DNA from: Minisyncoccota bacterium
GTDB taxonomy: Bacteria > Patescibacteriota > Minisyncoccia > UBA6257 > JAAZHW01
Reading direction: 5' to 3'
Assembly: GCA_035402745.1 (NCBI GenBank)
Contig: DAONDV010000001.1
Span: 19,636-83,635 of the forward strand
Length of the DNA: 64,000 nucleotides
Shown here: one piece after another, positions 17,174-27,419 of the stretch
Layout: the number at the start of each line of letters is the position of its first letter
Position numbering within the stretch: position 1 is the stretch's first letter
Notes under the pieces: generated by a model
Seen by the model: the letters and a program-made list of their open reading frames with translations, nothing else
The model's database searches: none
What the model was told of the DNA's origin: nothing
Made by a program: the position numbers and the translations under genes

Positions 17174-18442
17174 ATGTCCGATACAACAAACCAGGCTATA
17201 GAAAAAATTGCAAAAATTTTAAGAGTTAAACCAGAAGACTTGGCTGCTTTGGAACAGAAAATGAACAAGGCCACTGGCAAGAGTGGTGTGTTGGAAAAAA
17301 TTTATGATCTTAATGATCGAACGGTGAAAGATAGACTTCAATCTTTGGGTTTGAATGATAAGTGCGTCAGCAAAGATGTTTTTTCCGCATTAATTAAAAA
17401 AATCTTTTTAGCTGATAAGGTTTTTGTGGAAAAATTTGGAGGAGTTTCCATATCCAATATCAATGATTGTCAGAAAGTTTTGAATGCCATTAAAGATAAT
17501 CAAGAAAAACTCATCGGCTTTTTTTTGAAGAAAACTAAGGCCGCGGAGTTGTTAAGAAAAGAACCTCCTCAGAATATCGTGCGAGCTTTGGGTTATAAAA
17601 ATATTGAAGAAGCTTTGGTTAAAGAAGATATTTTTGAATTATTTGCCGCTTTAAGATTCATTGAAGACGGGGAATGGTTGAATAATGTCTTTTTCAAACA
17701 ATATGAAAGTTTGACTCCGAATGATTTTGAAGAAAGGGGCGTGGAAATAAAAGTTTTAAGCAGTAAATGGGCGAAAGCTGCGGAGAGTTTTGTAAAAAAG
17801 AAATATCATAATATTAGTCACTTAAAAGAGTTTGGAGTGATTTTTGTCATTCCTGTAACTTTGAATATTCCTGGAGAATTATTGAGAATGGTTTCTTTGG
17901 TATTGCATTATTATCACGAAGTAAAGTTCTATTCTGATATTTTTAGAGATTTTTCCACTAAACCGGATTTTGTTAAAAATTTAATTCAAACCTTAAAAGG
18001 TGAAATGATTGACGGCATTCCTGCTCCAACAGAAAAAGCGCAATGGTTGGTGATTCAACAATATTTGGCGAAAAAAGACGAAAATGATGAGCGTTTATTA
18101 ATGCCTCATATTAATCCTGAAGCTATTCATTGGAAAAAGGCGGAAACGGGAATTGTAAAATTAGGGCAATCTTTGGCCGGATTGGAAGAAGGGGATTTTG
18201 AATTCTGGGAAGATTTGGATTGGGTGGGAGAGTATTTTCTCAGTGGCAATCATGGAACGGAGCTTGTGAGTTTTGATTTGGTGGATGTGGTGATGTCTCT
18301 GGTGAAAGAAAAAGAAATGGTAAAATATCTTTATCATCATCAAGAGGCCCTATGGAATAAAATCTTTACTGAATATTTTGGTGAAGAAAAAATGGAGGAG
18401 ATTATAAAAAATAATCTATTGAGGGGATTCGTGGAAATTTAA
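17174..18442 (+). CDS. hypothetical protein (~423 aa), no recognisable domain
   Basis: Long ORF. Start placed at the ATG 17174 downstream of the terminator (track start 17141 overlaps the terminator). Confidence 0.6.
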   Translation: MSDTTNQAIEKIAKILRVKPEDLAALEQKMNKATGKSGVLEKIYDLNDRTVKDRLQSLGLNDKCVSKDVFSALIKKIFLADKVFVEKFGGVSISNINDCQKVLNAIKDNQEKLIGFFLKKTKAAELLRKEPPQNIVRALGYKNIEEALVKEDIFELFAALRFIEDGEWLNNVFFKQYESLTPNDFEERGVEIKVLSSKWAKAAESFVKKKYHNISHLKEFGVIFVIPVTLNIPGELLRMVSLVLHYYHEVKFYSDIFRDFSTKPDFVKNLIQTLKGEMIDGIPAPTEKAQWLVIQQYLAKKDENDERLLMPHINPEAIHWKKAETGIVKLGQSLAGLEEGDFEFWEDLDWVGEYFLSGNHGTELVSFDLVDVVMSLVKEKEMVKYLYHHQEALWNKIFTEYFGEEKMEEIIKNNLLRGFVEI

Positions 18443-18461
18443 TTTTATTAAAATAAAAAAT

Positions 18462-19229
18462 ATGAAAAATGATTATTTGAAAAAAATAACAACAAGAGGA
18501 AAGGCGATTTATTTAGCTTATGATCATGGAATGGAACATGGGCCGGAAGATTTACCGGGGAAATCTATTGATCCCGCTTATATTTTAGACATCGCCATGC
18601 AGGGCGGATATAACGCTGTGATTTTGGGAAGGGGTGTGGCGGAAAAATATTACAAAGATTCCATTTATGAAATGAAAGTGCCTTTGATTTTAAAATTAAA
18701 TGGTAAGGCTAATATTTGGAAAGGAGGAGATTTATTTTCCAGACAAAATTGTTCTGTGGAATACGCCAAAGAATTGGGCGCTGTAGCTGTTGGTTATACT
18801 ATCTTTTTAGGTTCGGCTCATGATGAGAAAATGTTTGTGGAATTTGGGAGAATTGTAGAAGAAGCTCATCGTAATAAAATGGCTGCTATCGCTTGGGTTT
18901 ATCCAAGAGGTGAGTATGTTAAAGATGTAGAATCTCCGGAAATCACCGCTTACGCGGCGCGTATCGGTTTGGAGTTAGGGGCTGATATGGTGAAAATAAA
19001 ATATTGTGGTTCTACTAATAATTTCAGAAAGGCAGTGGAGGCAGCTGGAAAAACCAAGGTGGTTTTATCAGGCGGTCCAAAATTAGAAAGAGAAGAAGAA
19101 TTTTTGGAAGTAGTAAAAAGCGTGATGAGCGCTGGTGGAATTGGAGCGGCTGTGGGAAGAAATGTTTGGCAACATCCTAGGCCATTAGAAATTACTAAAA
19201 AGATTAAAGATATTATTTTTGAAAATTAA
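18462..19229 (+). CDS. class I fructose-bisphosphate aldolase, DhnA/archaeal type (DeoC/LacD family)
   Basis: Blocks AIYLAYDHGMEHGP, GADMVKIKY (Schiff-base Lys context) and VVLSGGPK, typical of FbaB/DhnA aldolases. Confidence 0.75.
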   Translation: MKNDYLKKITTRGKAIYLAYDHGMEHGPEDLPGKSIDPAYILDIAMQGGYNAVILGRGVAEKYYKDSIYEMKVPLILKLNGKANIWKGGDLFSRQNCSVEYAKELGAVAVGYTIFLGSAHDEKMFVEFGRIVEEAHRNKMAAIAWVYPRGEYVKDVESPEITAYAARIGLELGADMVKIKYCGSTNNFRKAVEAAGKTKVVLSGGPKLEREEEFLEVVKSVMSAGGIGAAVGRNVWQHPRPLEITKKIKDIIFEN

Positions 19230-19242
19230 ATTGATAAAAAAA

Positions 19243-19282
19243 GAACCGGTTCGACAATGTGTCGAACCGGTCTTATTTTTTT
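19243..19282. terminator. bidirectional rho-independent terminator
   Basis: GAACCGGTTCGAC / GTCGAACCGGTC stem with an A-run upstream and a T-run downstream. Confidence 0.8.
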
Positions 19283-19283
19283 G

Positions 19284-19697
19284 TTACGAAAACAATAATT
19301 TGCCGTAGTAGATGATGATGATTTGGATAATGGAAAGAATGACCAATACCCTGAATTTAATACCCTCTAAATCGGCAATAACGATGCAGATTTCTTTTAC
19401 TCCAATGACTGGAACAATGGGCATAAAAAAGTAAATAGTCATAGGAATAATTTTTGCTTTCTTACCCCAACGTCTTAGAATGATATAACACATTCTATAC
19501 CATTTACTTTTTTTCTTTTCTCCTCGAACCATTTCAAGAGTTTTTTCAAACCACTCCGTTCCGTAATAAAAAATTACATTGGTAATATTTGAATACAGAA
19601 AGGTGACCAGAAAAATAAACCAAAAAGTTTTTCCCTTGCTCATTGCTAGCCAGATAAAAGCGGCCTGGTTGATAAATAGGGTAGTCCACAAAAGCAT
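19284..19697 (-). CDS. small polytopic membrane protein (137 aa), function unknown
   Basis: Four predicted hydrophobic helices; the only minus-strand gene in the fusA-tuf gap. Confidence 0.55.
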   Translation of the reverse strand: MLLWTTLFINQAAFIWLAMSKGKTFWFIFLVTFLYSNITNVIFYYGTEWFEKTLEMVRGEKKKSKWYRMCYIILRRWGKKAKIIPMTIYFFMPIVPVIGVKEICIVIADLEGIKFRVLVILSIIQIIIIYYGKLLFS

Positions 19698-19896
19698 TTT
19701 GCCTCCGTTTTTGATTGTTTCAGAACTGATTTAACTATAGCATAAAATTGATAAAAAATCAACCCAATGATCGGTGAATGGAAATTATTAAAAAGCTTTA
19801 TCCCCAGTATTTTACTTGCGTTTTCGTTATGATTTGCTATACTTATTTCAATCGCTCAGATTATATGCAATGAAAAATGAAGCGAGGTCAAAACAC

Positions 19897-19925
19897 TTGA
19901 CTTAATTTTAATTTTGGCATAAAAT
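19897..19925 (+). promoter_or_regulatory. candidate sigma70 promoter for tuf and the S10/spc cluster
   Basis: TTGACT at 19897-19902, 17-nt spacer, TAAAAT at 19920-19925. Confidence 0.4.
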
Positions 19926-20033
19926 CACAAAAAGCGAAATAATTAAAATATAATAAAAAATCGTATTTTTTAGTCGAATAAATAAAATATAATTTTTCCC
20001 GAGATGGCTTAATTCGCGGGATAAAGTAAAAAA

Positions 20034-21233
20034 ATGGCAGAGAAAAAGAAGTTCGAAAGAACAAAAGCACACGTTAATATTGGTACTATTGGTCACGTTG
20101 ATCACGGTAAAACTACTTTGACCGCGGCCATCATGCATGTCCTTAATTTTAAGGGCTATGTTCAAAAACTTGAGGATGTGTCTCAAATCGATAATGCTCC
20201 TGAAGAAAGAGCTCGTGGTATTACCATCTCTCTTCATCACTCAGAATATGAATCAGATACCAGACACTATGCTCACATTGACGCTCCGGGACACGCTGAC
20301 TATATCAAGAACATGATTACTGGTGCCGCTCAAATGGACGGCGCAATTTTGGTTGTTTCAGCTGCTGACGGTCCGATGCCTCAAACTAGAGAGCACATTT
20401 TGTTAGCTAATCAAGTAGGTGTTCCTAAAATCATTGTTTTCTTAAACAAAGTTGATCAGGTTTCTGATCCAGAATTAATTGATTTGGTAGAAAGCGAAGT
20501 TCGCGAACTTTTGACCAAATATCACTTCCCAGGCGATGAAACTCCTATTATTAGAGGTTCTGCCTTGAAAGCTTTGAATTCTAAATCACTTGATGATCCT
20601 GATGCTAAACCTATCTTAGATTTAATCGCTGCCGCTGACAGCTATATTCCAGAACCTTCTCGTGAAATTGATAAGCCTTTCTTAATGCCTATCGAAGATA
20701 TCTTCACTATTGAAGGACGTGGTACCGTTGTTACTGGCCGCGCCAGCAGAGGTATTATTAAAGTAAATGACGAAGTAGAAATCGTAGGATTAAAACCAAC
20801 TCAAAAAACTGTTGTTACCGGTATTGAAATGTTCAATAAAACATTGGACGAAGGAAGAGCCGGAGATAACGTTGGAATTTTGCTCCGTGGTTTGAAGAAA
20901 GAAGATGTAGAAAGAGGTCAGGTTGTTGCTAAACCTGGATCCATTACTCCACACACCGAATTTACAGCAGAACTTTATATTTTGACCAAAGAAGAAGGAG
21001 GTCGTCACACCCCATTCTTTAAAGGATATAAGCCACAATTTTACATCAGAACTACTGATGTAACCGGTGAAGTATTCTTACCAGAAGGGACTGAAATGAT
21101 TATGCCTGGTGATACTGCCAATCTTAGCGTTAAATTGATTGCTCCAGTAGCCTTAGAAGAAAAGCAAAAATTTGCTATTCGCGAAGGCGGAAAGACAGTA
21201 GGAGCTGGTGTAGTCACTAAGATCATTAAATAA
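20034..21233 (+). CDS. tuf: elongation factor Tu
   Basis: Sequence [26 protein letters not shown]; full-length 399 aa. Confidence 0.98.
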   Translation: MAEKKKFERTKAHVNIGTIGHVDHGKTTLTAAIMHVLNFKGYVQKLEDVSQIDNAPEERARGITISLHHSEYESDTRHYAHIDAPGHADYIKNMITGAAQMDGAILVVSAADGPMPQTREHILLANQVGVPKIIVFLNKVDQVSDPELIDLVESEVRELLTKYHFPGDETPIIRGSALKALNSKSLDDPDAKPILDLIAAADSYIPEPSREIDKPFLMPIEDIFTIEGRGTVVTGRASRGIIKVNDEVEIVGLKPTQKTVVTGIEMFNKTLDEGRAGDNVGILLRGLKKEDVERGQVVAKPGSITPHTEFTAELYILTKEEGGRHTPFFKGYKPQFYIRTTDVTGEVFLPEGTEMIMPGDTANLSVKLIAPVALEEKQKFAIREGGKTVGAGVVTKIIK

Positions 21234-21255
21234 ATTTTATTAGCTCTTTAAAGCA

Positions 21256-21591
21256 ATGACTAAAGCAAAAGCAAAGAAAGAAGAACCTAAACAGAAGATT
21301 AGGATCAAAATAAAATCTTATGACCACAAGGTCTTAGATAATTCTTGTAAGCAGATTGTTGATACTGCGGCGCGTTATGTTTCAGAAATTATTGGCCCCG
21401 TGCCATTACCGACTGATATTAGACGCTACACTGTCAACCGCTCAACTTTCGTGCACAAGGATTCTCGAGAACAATTTGAACTTAGGGTGCATAAAAGATT
21501 GATTGACATTTTTAGTCCTAATCAAAAAGTCATTGATGCTTTAATGAGTTTAAATCTACCAGCTGGCGTTGATGTTGAGATTAAGATGTAG
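21256..21591 (+). CDS. rpsJ: 30S ribosomal protein S10 (N-terminal Lys-rich extension)
   Basis: Sequence [14 protein letters not shown]...GPVPLPT matches S10. Confidence 0.95.
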   Translation: MTKAKAKKEEPKQKIRIKIKSYDHKVLDNSCKQIVDTAARYVSEIIGPVPLPTDIRRYTVNRSTFVHKDSREQFELRVHKRLIDIFSPNQKVIDALMSLNLPAGVDVEIKM

Positions 21592-21654
21592 AAGTTTCGT
21601 TCACATAATCTCGTTTAACTTACCAGAACTAACAACGCTATTCGCTAGCCGATA

Positions 21655-21685
21655 AAATGCCCGGGCTAGGCCCGGCATTTTATTC
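21655..21685 (+). terminator. hairpin plus T-run between rpsJ and rplC (probable attenuator or partial terminator)
   Basis: ATGCCCGGGC-TAG-GCCCGGCAT stem followed by TTTTATT. Confidence 0.5.
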
Positions 21686-21708
21686 AAAAAATATATTAAT
21701 TATAAACT

Positions 21709-22332
21709 ATGTCCAACAAATTTATACTAGCCCAAAAAATAGGAATGACACAGATGTTCCAAGATGAGAAGCTTGTTCCTGTAACCCTTTTAGAAGCGGG
21801 GCCAGTTGTTGTTGTTCAAGTAAAAAATAAAGAAAAAGATGGTTACGAAGCTGTACAGGTTGGCTTTGGAGAAAAGAAAACAAAAAATATTACTAAAGCG
21901 GTAAAAGGACATATGAAAGGTTTGGGTAATTTCCGTTGGTTGAAAGAATTCCGCATCAAGGAAGATGCTGAGAAAAAAGAATTCAATCCTGGCGATAAAA
22001 TCGATCTTTCTATTTTTGTTGAAGGAGATAATGTTAATCTCAAAGGTTATAACAAATCCAAGGGATTCCAAGGCGTTGTAAAACGTCATGGATTTCATGG
22101 AGGTCCTAAAACTCACGGTCAAAAAAATAGACTTCGCGCTCCTGGTTCTATCGGTGCTACTCATCCGCAGCATGTGACCAAAGGAAAGAGAATGGCGGGC
22201 AGAATGGGACATGAAATGATTAATTTGAAGAAATGTAAAATAATGCAAATTGACACAGCCAATAATATTTTAGCTATCAGAGGCGCTGTGCCTGGAAAAA
22301 AGGGCGATTTGATTGAAATTGTAGGAAAATAA
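21709..22332 (+). CDS. rplC: 50S ribosomal protein L3
   Basis: L3 consensus (GMTQMF, KGFQGVVKRHGF); first gene after S10. Confidence 0.95.
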   Translation: MSNKFILAQKIGMTQMFQDEKLVPVTLLEAGPVVVVQVKNKEKDGYEAVQVGFGEKKTKNITKAVKGHMKGLGNFRWLKEFRIKEDAEKKEFNPGDKIDLSIFVEGDNVNLKGYNKSKGFQGVVKRHGFHGGPKTHGQKNRLRAPGSIGATHPQHVTKGKRMAGRMGHEMINLKKCKIMQIDTANNILAIRGAVPGKKGDLIEIVGK

Positions 22333-22333
22333 T

Positions 22334-22966
22334 ATGAACACTAAACTTTACAATCAAGAAGCTAAAGTTGTTGGAGAAGTAGAATTACCAGAAAAGATTT
22401 TTGGAGTGAAATGGAATCCCACTTTAGTTCATCAAATCGTAGTAGGAATAGATGCTAATCGCCGACATGTAATTGCTCATGCTAAAGGCAGGGGCGAAGT
22501 AAGAGGCGGCGGTAAGAAACCTTGGAAACAAAAAGGAACAGGAAGAGCCCGTCATGGATCTATTCGTTCTCCATTGTGGAAAGGGGGTGGCGTAACCTTC
22601 GGCCCGACTAAGGAAAGAAACTTTAGTCAGAAAATGAATAAGAAGGCCAAGCAGCAAGCTTTGTTTAGCGTTTTATCTAAGAAATTGGCAGATCAAGAAA
22701 TAAAAATTGTTGATACTATCAAGATTAAAGACGCGAAAACAAAAGAAGTATCTAAGATTTTAAAGAATTTCTTCCCGGTAAAAAAGAACAGCGGATTGAT
22801 AATCTTGGGAGGAACCAATACAGAATTAATTAGAGCTGTCAGAAATTTAAGTTTTGCTCAAATTAGTTCCGTTAATAACACTAGTGTTAAAGATTTGCTT
22901 CTCTATAAGAATATTTTATTCTTTAAAGATGCAATTGGTAAATTAAGCGAAGTATACAAAGCATAA
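22334..22966 (+). CDS. rplD: 50S ribosomal protein L4
   Basis: Sequence KPWKQKGTGRARHGS matches L4. Confidence 0.95.
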   Translation: MNTKLYNQEAKVVGEVELPEKIFGVKWNPTLVHQIVVGIDANRRHVIAHAKGRGEVRGGGKKPWKQKGTGRARHGSIRSPLWKGGGVTFGPTKERNFSQKMNKKAKQQALFSVLSKKLADQEIKIVDTIKIKDAKTKEVSKILKNFFPVKKNSGLIILGGTNTELIRAVRNLSFAQISSVNNTSVKDLLLYKNILFFKDAIGKLSEVYKA

Positions 22967-22970
22967 AATT

Positions 22971-23366
22971 ATGGGAATATTCGGTGCGACAAAAACAAAT
23001 AAGACTAAATCAACAGCAAAGAAAGAGGTTGTTAAGAAAGAAATTGTAAAGCAGAGTGATTCCAGCGTTAAAAAAACTAACGCAACTTTTGCGCACGATA
23101 TTATTGTTTTTCCTCGTATTACCGAAAAATCTCACAATGTTGCTCATTTAAGACAATACGCTTTTAATGTCAGAAAGGATGCTAATAAAGATACGGTTAG
23201 AAAAGCGGTTGAGCAAATTTATAATGTTAAAATTGAAAAAGTAAGAATTGCTAACATCCCAACCAAAAAAACCAGATCAACTAAGGTTATGGGAAAGAAA
23301 TATGGCTATAAAAAAGCCATAGTTACTTTAAAGGAAGGTTTTACTATTGAAGTTACTCCGCAATAA
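22971..23366 (+). CDS. rplW: 50S ribosomal protein L23 (N-terminal extension)
   Basis: L23 core IIVFPRITEKS...; position in cluster. Confidence 0.9.
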   Translation: MGIFGATKTNKTKSTAKKEVVKKEIVKQSDSSVKKTNATFAHDIIVFPRITEKSHNVAHLRQYAFNVRKDANKDTVRKAVEQIYNVKIEKVRIANIPTKKTRSTKVMGKKYGYKKAIVTLKEGFTIEVTPQ

Positions 23367-23377
23367 TATAGAAATAT

Positions 23378-24205
23378 ATGTCTAAAACATTCAAACCTAC
23401 AACTCCATCATTAAGGCAAAGAACAGCCTTAGAATTCAAAAAAGTTACCACTACCGATAAACCTTTTAAGGCTCTTTTGGGGACCGTGATTGAGAAAGCT
23501 GGCAGAAATAATAAAGGCAGAATTACCGTTCGTCATCAAGGGGGTGGTGTTAAGAAAATGTATCGCATGATTGATTTTAAGCAAAACAAATTTAATGTTC
23601 CTGCTAAAGTAGAAACTATTGAATACGATCCAAATCGTAATGCTTTTATCAGCTTAGTGCTTTACAAAGATGGAGAAAGAAGATATGTTTTAAATGCAGA
23701 AGGAATGAAAGTGGGACAAGAAATTGTTTCCGGAGAAACTGCGCCAATTAAAATTGGTAATCGTTTGCCATTGAAAAATATCCCGGTAGGTACTGCTGTT
23801 CATAATATTGAACTTTTGCCGAATGAAGGTGGTAAAATGATTAAGTCTGCTGGCTCTATGGCGGAAGTAATGGGTTTGGAAGGCAAATATGCTATTCTTA
23901 AACTTTCTTCCGGTGAAACTAGAAAAGTTTTAGCTCAATGTTTTGCTAGCATTGGACAAATATCAAATTCTGAATTTAGAACTGTTAATATCGGAAAAGC
24001 CGGTCGTTCCAGACATTTGGGTGTAAGACCGACAGTGCGTGGTTCAGCTATGAATCCTTGCGACCATCCTTACGGTGGTGGTGAAGGAAAACAACCTAGA
24101 GGTACCAGAAAACCAAAGACTCTTTGGGGTAAGGTTACTGGTGGACACAAGACTAGAAGAAAGAAGAAGTGGTCAAATGTTTTAATTATTAAAAGAAGAA
24201 AATAA
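23378..24205 (+). CDS. rplB: 50S ribosomal protein L2
   Basis: Sequence RHQGGGVKKMYRMIDF, GSAMNPCDHPYGGGEG matches L2. Confidence 0.97.
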   Translation: MSKTFKPTTPSLRQRTALEFKKVTTTDKPFKALLGTVIEKAGRNNKGRITVRHQGGGVKKMYRMIDFKQNKFNVPAKVETIEYDPNRNAFISLVLYKDGERRYVLNAEGMKVGQEIVSGETAPIKIGNRLPLKNIPVGTAVHNIELLPNEGGKMIKSAGSMAEVMGLEGKYAILKLSSGETRKVLAQCFASIGQISNSEFRTVNIGKAGRSRHLGVRPTVRGSAMNPCDHPYGGGEGKQPRGTRKPKTLWGKVTGGHKTRRKKKWSNVLIIKRRK

Positions 24206-24208
24206 ACT

Positions 24209-24538
24209 ATGTCTAGAAGTCTTAAAAAGGGTCCGTTTATTGATCCTAGATTATTGGAAAAAATAGCCAAAGTAAAAGTGGGAAGCAGGGAAGTAATCAA
24301 AACCTGGTCTCGCGATTCTATGATTAGCCCGGAAATGGTGGGATATCTTTTTGGCGTCCATAATGGTAAAGACTTTATTAATGTTTCCGTAACAGAAGAT
24401 ATGGTAGGACATCGTTTGGGAGAATTTTCTCTTACTCGTAAATTTATGAAACACGGAGGGAAAATGCAGAAGGAATTGGAAAAATCAGCTGCTCAATCAG
24501 CTGCTCCTGCCCCTAGCGCCTCAGCTAATAAAAAATAA
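24209..24538 (+). CDS. rpsS: 30S ribosomal protein S19 (C-terminal extension)
   Basis: Sequence SLKKGPFID...GVHNGKDF...MVGHRLGEF matches S19. Confidence 0.95.
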   Translation: MSRSLKKGPFIDPRLLEKIAKVKVGSREVIKTWSRDSMISPEMVGYLFGVHNGKDFINVSVTEDMVGHRLGEFSLTRKFMKHGGKMQKELEKSAAQSAAPAPSASANKK

Positions 24539-24540
24539 TT

Positions 24541-25089
24541 ATGAATAAAACAGATAAAAAACAATCAATCGCTAAATTGAATTATTTGAAAATCGCTCCT
24601 AGAAAGGTGCGCTTGATTGCCAATCTGTTAAAGAAAAAGAATGTAATAGAAGCGGAATCCGAATTGCTTTATCGTCCGCAAAGAGCGGCTAAACCGTTAT
24701 TGAAATTATTGCGTTCTTCTGTTAGCAATGCCGTTAATAAGAATTTTAAAAAAGAAAATCTTTTTGTATCTGAAATTAGAGTAGATCAAGGACCAATGTT
24801 GAAACGTTGGATGCCTAGAGCTATGGGACGAGCTACACCAATTCATAAAAAAATGTCTCACATTACTTTAGTTTTGGAAGAAAAAGAAGGAGAACAGAAA
24901 ACAAGATTTAAAGCTCCATCATTGAAAACCATAAAATCTGATAAAAATGTTGGTCATGAAAAAGGTGAAACTAAAGTAAAAGATGTCAAAAAAGAAATAA
25001 AGGAAGTAAAAGAATTAAAATCACAGAAAACCAGCGAGCCGAAAGTTAAGGCGAAGTCTATTCAACGAAGGTCAATGACTAATGGTTAA
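24541..25089 (+). CDS. rplV: 50S ribosomal protein L22 (long C-terminal Lys-rich extension)
   Basis: L22 core (AKLNYLKIAPRKVRLIANL...); position in cluster. Confidence 0.9.
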   Translation: MNKTDKKQSIAKLNYLKIAPRKVRLIANLLKKKNVIEAESELLYRPQRAAKPLLKLLRSSVSNAVNKNFKKENLFVSEIRVDQGPMLKRWMPRAMGRATPIHKKMSHITLVLEEKEGEQKTRFKAPSLKTIKSDKNVGHEKGETKVKDVKKEIKEVKELKSQKTSEPKVKAKSIQRRSMTNG

Positions 25090-25121
25090 AAAATCGTAAA
25101 TTTAAACAATATTCGCATACT

Positions 25122-25805
25122 ATGGGACAAAAAATAAATCCAAAATCTTTAAGAATAGGAATCATCAAGGACTGGGATTCTAAATGGTTCACTAATAAGA
25201 AATTAACTCCAATAATGTTGGAGGAGGATTTTAAGATCCGTGAATATTTGGATAAGAAATTAAAAGCTGCCAATGTGGAAACAATTAGCGTAGAAAGATT
25301 GGGATCTAATCTTAATGTTAATATTTTTACTGCTCGTCCGGGTATGATTATTGGTAGAGGTGGAGAAGAAGTTGCTAAGATTAAGGTTGATTTGGAAAAA
25401 ATCATTAAAAAACATAGAAAAGAATATAAAGTAGGAGTTATTCCAGCTCTTCATTTGAATATTGAAGAAGTGAAATCTCCTATGGCCAGCGCGACTATTG
25501 TTGGACAAATGATTGCCGAAAGCATTGAAAAAAGAATGCCTTATCGCAGAACCATAAAGAAAATGATTGAACAAGTTTCTCAGAATAAAGAAGTTAAAGG
25601 AGTAAAAATAAAATTATCAGGACGTTTGGATGGCGCTGAAATTTCTCGTTCCGAATGGTTGGATTGGGGTAAAATGCCTTTGCAAACTTTGAGAGCGGAT
25701 GTTGATTATGCGAAGGTAAGAGCACGTTGTACCTATGGTACAATCGGCATTAAAGTTTGGATTTATAAAGGCGAAGTTTTTAATAAAAAGAATCTTCAGA
25801 AATAA
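25122..25805 (+). CDS. rpsC: 30S ribosomal protein S3
   Basis: Sequence MGQKINPKSLRIGIIKDWDSKWF matches the S3 N-terminus. Confidence 0.97.
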   Translation: MGQKINPKSLRIGIIKDWDSKWFTNKKLTPIMLEEDFKIREYLDKKLKAANVETISVERLGSNLNVNIFTARPGMIIGRGGEEVAKIKVDLEKIIKKHRKEYKVGVIPALHLNIEEVKSPMASATIVGQMIAESIEKRMPYRRTIKKMIEQVSQNKEVKGVKIKLSGRLDGAEISRSEWLDWGKMPLQTLRADVDYAKVRARCTYGTIGIKVWIYKGEVFNKKNLQK

Positions 25806-25823
25806 TTCTGATTAAACAAAAAT

Positions 25824-26237
25824 ATGTTAATTCCTAAGAAAGTAAAACATAGAAAGTGGCAAAAAGGCAGATCTAAAAATCGCCAAATTGATACCAGGGG
25901 CATTCGTTTGTCTTTTGGTTCTTATGGTTTGCAAGCCATTTCCAATTCTTGGGTAACCAGCAGACAGATTGAGGCGGCTAGAAGAGCCATTGTTAATTAT
26001 TTGAAAAAAGGAGGAAAGCTTTGGATTCGTATTTTTCCCGATAAGCCGGTAACACAAAGACCGCCGGAAGTAACCATGGGCGGAGGAAAGGGTAACGTAG
26101 AATATTATGTTTTTCCAGTGAGAAGAGGAAGAGTTTTATTTGAATTGGACGGAGTTACCGAAGAAATTGCCAGAGAAGCCTTAAGAAGAGCTAATGATAA
26201 AATGCCGTTGAAGACTAAATTTATAAAAGCAATCTAA
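25824..26237 (+). CDS. rplP: 50S ribosomal protein L16
   Basis: Sequence [16 protein letters not shown]...[11 protein letters not shown] matches L16. Confidence 0.97.
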   Translation: MLIPKKVKHRKWQKGRSKNRQIDTRGIRLSFGSYGLQAISNSWVTSRQIEAARRAIVNYLKKGGKLWIRIFPDKPVTQRPPEVTMGGGKGNVEYYVFPVRRGRVLFELDGVTEEIAREALRRANDKMPLKTKFIKAI

Positions 26238-26239
26238 CT

Positions 26240-26434
26240 ATGGACTTAAAAGACCTAAAAAAACAAACAGAAAGTGAATTGCAGTCGTTGTTGGCTCAAA
26301 AGCAAGAACGCTTAAGAGTGTTGCGTTTTGATTTATCTTTTGGTAAAGTTAAAAACGTTCGCGAAATACGCGCTACCAGAAAAATCATCGCGCAGATTCA
26401 AACTATTTTAAAAGAATGGAAAACAAAAAAGTAA
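26240..26434 (+). CDS. rpmC: 50S ribosomal protein L29
   Basis: 64-aa helical protein with an L29-like sequence, sitting between L16 and S17. Confidence 0.9.
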   Translation: MDLKDLKKQTESELQSLLAQKQERLRVLRFDLSFGKVKNVREIRATRKIIAQIQTILKEWKTKK

Positions 26435-26715
26435 ACAATAAAAAATTGAGAGGAACAGTAACTTCCGATAAAATGCAGAAGACTATTGTGGTTGAGATTG
26501 TAAGAACTAAACAACATCCTCGCTATAAAAAGACCTTGAAAATAAAGAGTCATTTTAAGGCCCATGATGAAAACAACGAAGCTAAGAAAGGTGATTATGT
26601 TTTGATAGAAGAATGCCGTCCTTTGTCTAAAGATAAAAAATGGAGATTGTTGTCCGTTATTAAGAAATTTGAAGCTGAAAAAATAGACGAGTCGGTTGAA
26701 GCAGAAAACAAATAA
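26416..26715 (+). CDS. rpsQ: 30S ribosomal protein S17
   Basis: Sequence [18 protein letters not shown]...[23 protein letters not shown] matches S17. Confidence 0.95.
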   Translation: MENKKVNNKKLRGTVTSDKMQKTIVVEIVRTKQHPRYKKTLKIKSHFKAHDENNEAKKGDYVLIEECRPLSKDKKWRLLSVIKKFEAEKIDESVEAENK

Positions 26716-26716
26716 T

Positions 26717-27085
26717 ATGATACAACCTAGATCAATGTTAAAAGTAGCAGATAATAGCGGAGCCAAGATTGTACAATGTTTTAAGGTCTTGGGCGGTTCA
26801 CGCAGGCGTTATGCCGAAGTGGGCGATATTATTGTTGCTTCTGTGAAGGTAGCAGAACCACGCAAGGCGGTTAAGAAAAAAGATGTTGTGAAATGCGTTA
26901 TAGCAAGACAAAGAAAGCAATTGAAGCGCGCAGATGGTTCTTATATAAAATTTGATGAAAATGCCGTAATCTTGATTGATGCTAAAAAGCAACCAAGAGC
27001 AACTCGTATTTTCGGTCCTATTCCAAGAGAATTAAGAGAAAAAGGATATGATGCCATTATTTCTATGGCTAGCGATGTAATTTAA
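26717..27085 (+). CDS. rplN: 50S ribosomal protein L14
   Basis: Sequence [17 protein letters not shown] matches the L14 N-terminus. Start taken at the internal ATG 26717, not the track start 26696. Confidence 0.95.
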   Translation: MIQPRSMLKVADNSGAKIVQCFKVLGGSRRRYAEVGDIIVASVKVAEPRKAVKKKDVVKCVIARQRKQLKRADGSYIKFDENAVILIDAKKQPRATRIFGPIPRELREKGYDAIISMASDVI

Positions 27086-27098
27086 ATAATATATTTGT

Positions 27099-27419
27099 AT
27101 GACTCAACAGAAAGTTAAAATTAAAAAAGGCGACGAGGTGATGATGTTAGCTGGAAAAGACAAGGGAAAGAAAGGTAAGATTTTAACGGTTATTAGAAAA
27201 AATAATCGCGTGGTTGTTGACGGATTGAATTTGGTAAAAAAGAATCGCAGACCTAAAAAACAAGGAGAAAAAGGAGAGATTATTTCTATGCCGAGAGCAG
27301 TGGATATTTCTAATGTAGCTTTATTTTGCTCACGCTGTAATAAAGGAGTGCGAGTTGGTTATCGCTTGTCGGGCGATAAGAAGATAAGAATTTGCAGAAA
27401 ATGCCAAGAGACTATTTAA
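27099..27419 (+). CDS. rplX: 50S ribosomal protein L24
   Basis: Sequence KIKKGDEVMMLAGKDKGKKGKIL has the L24 KOW motif. Confidence 0.95.
   Translation: MTQQKVKIKKGDEVMMLAGKDKGKKGKILTVIRKNNRVVVDGLNLVKKNRRPKKQGEKGEIISMPRAVDISNVALFCSRCNKGVRVGYRLSGDKKIRICRKCQETI

Noticed and set aside
21790-22248. 152-aa minus-strand ORF and other antisense ORFs inside ribosomal genes (e.g. 25260-25574, 26398-26766, 27556-27870, 28182-28391)
   Set aside because: All lie antisense to highly conserved ribosomal protein genes whose plus-strand products are unambiguous. They are open frames expected by chance in AT-rich DNA.
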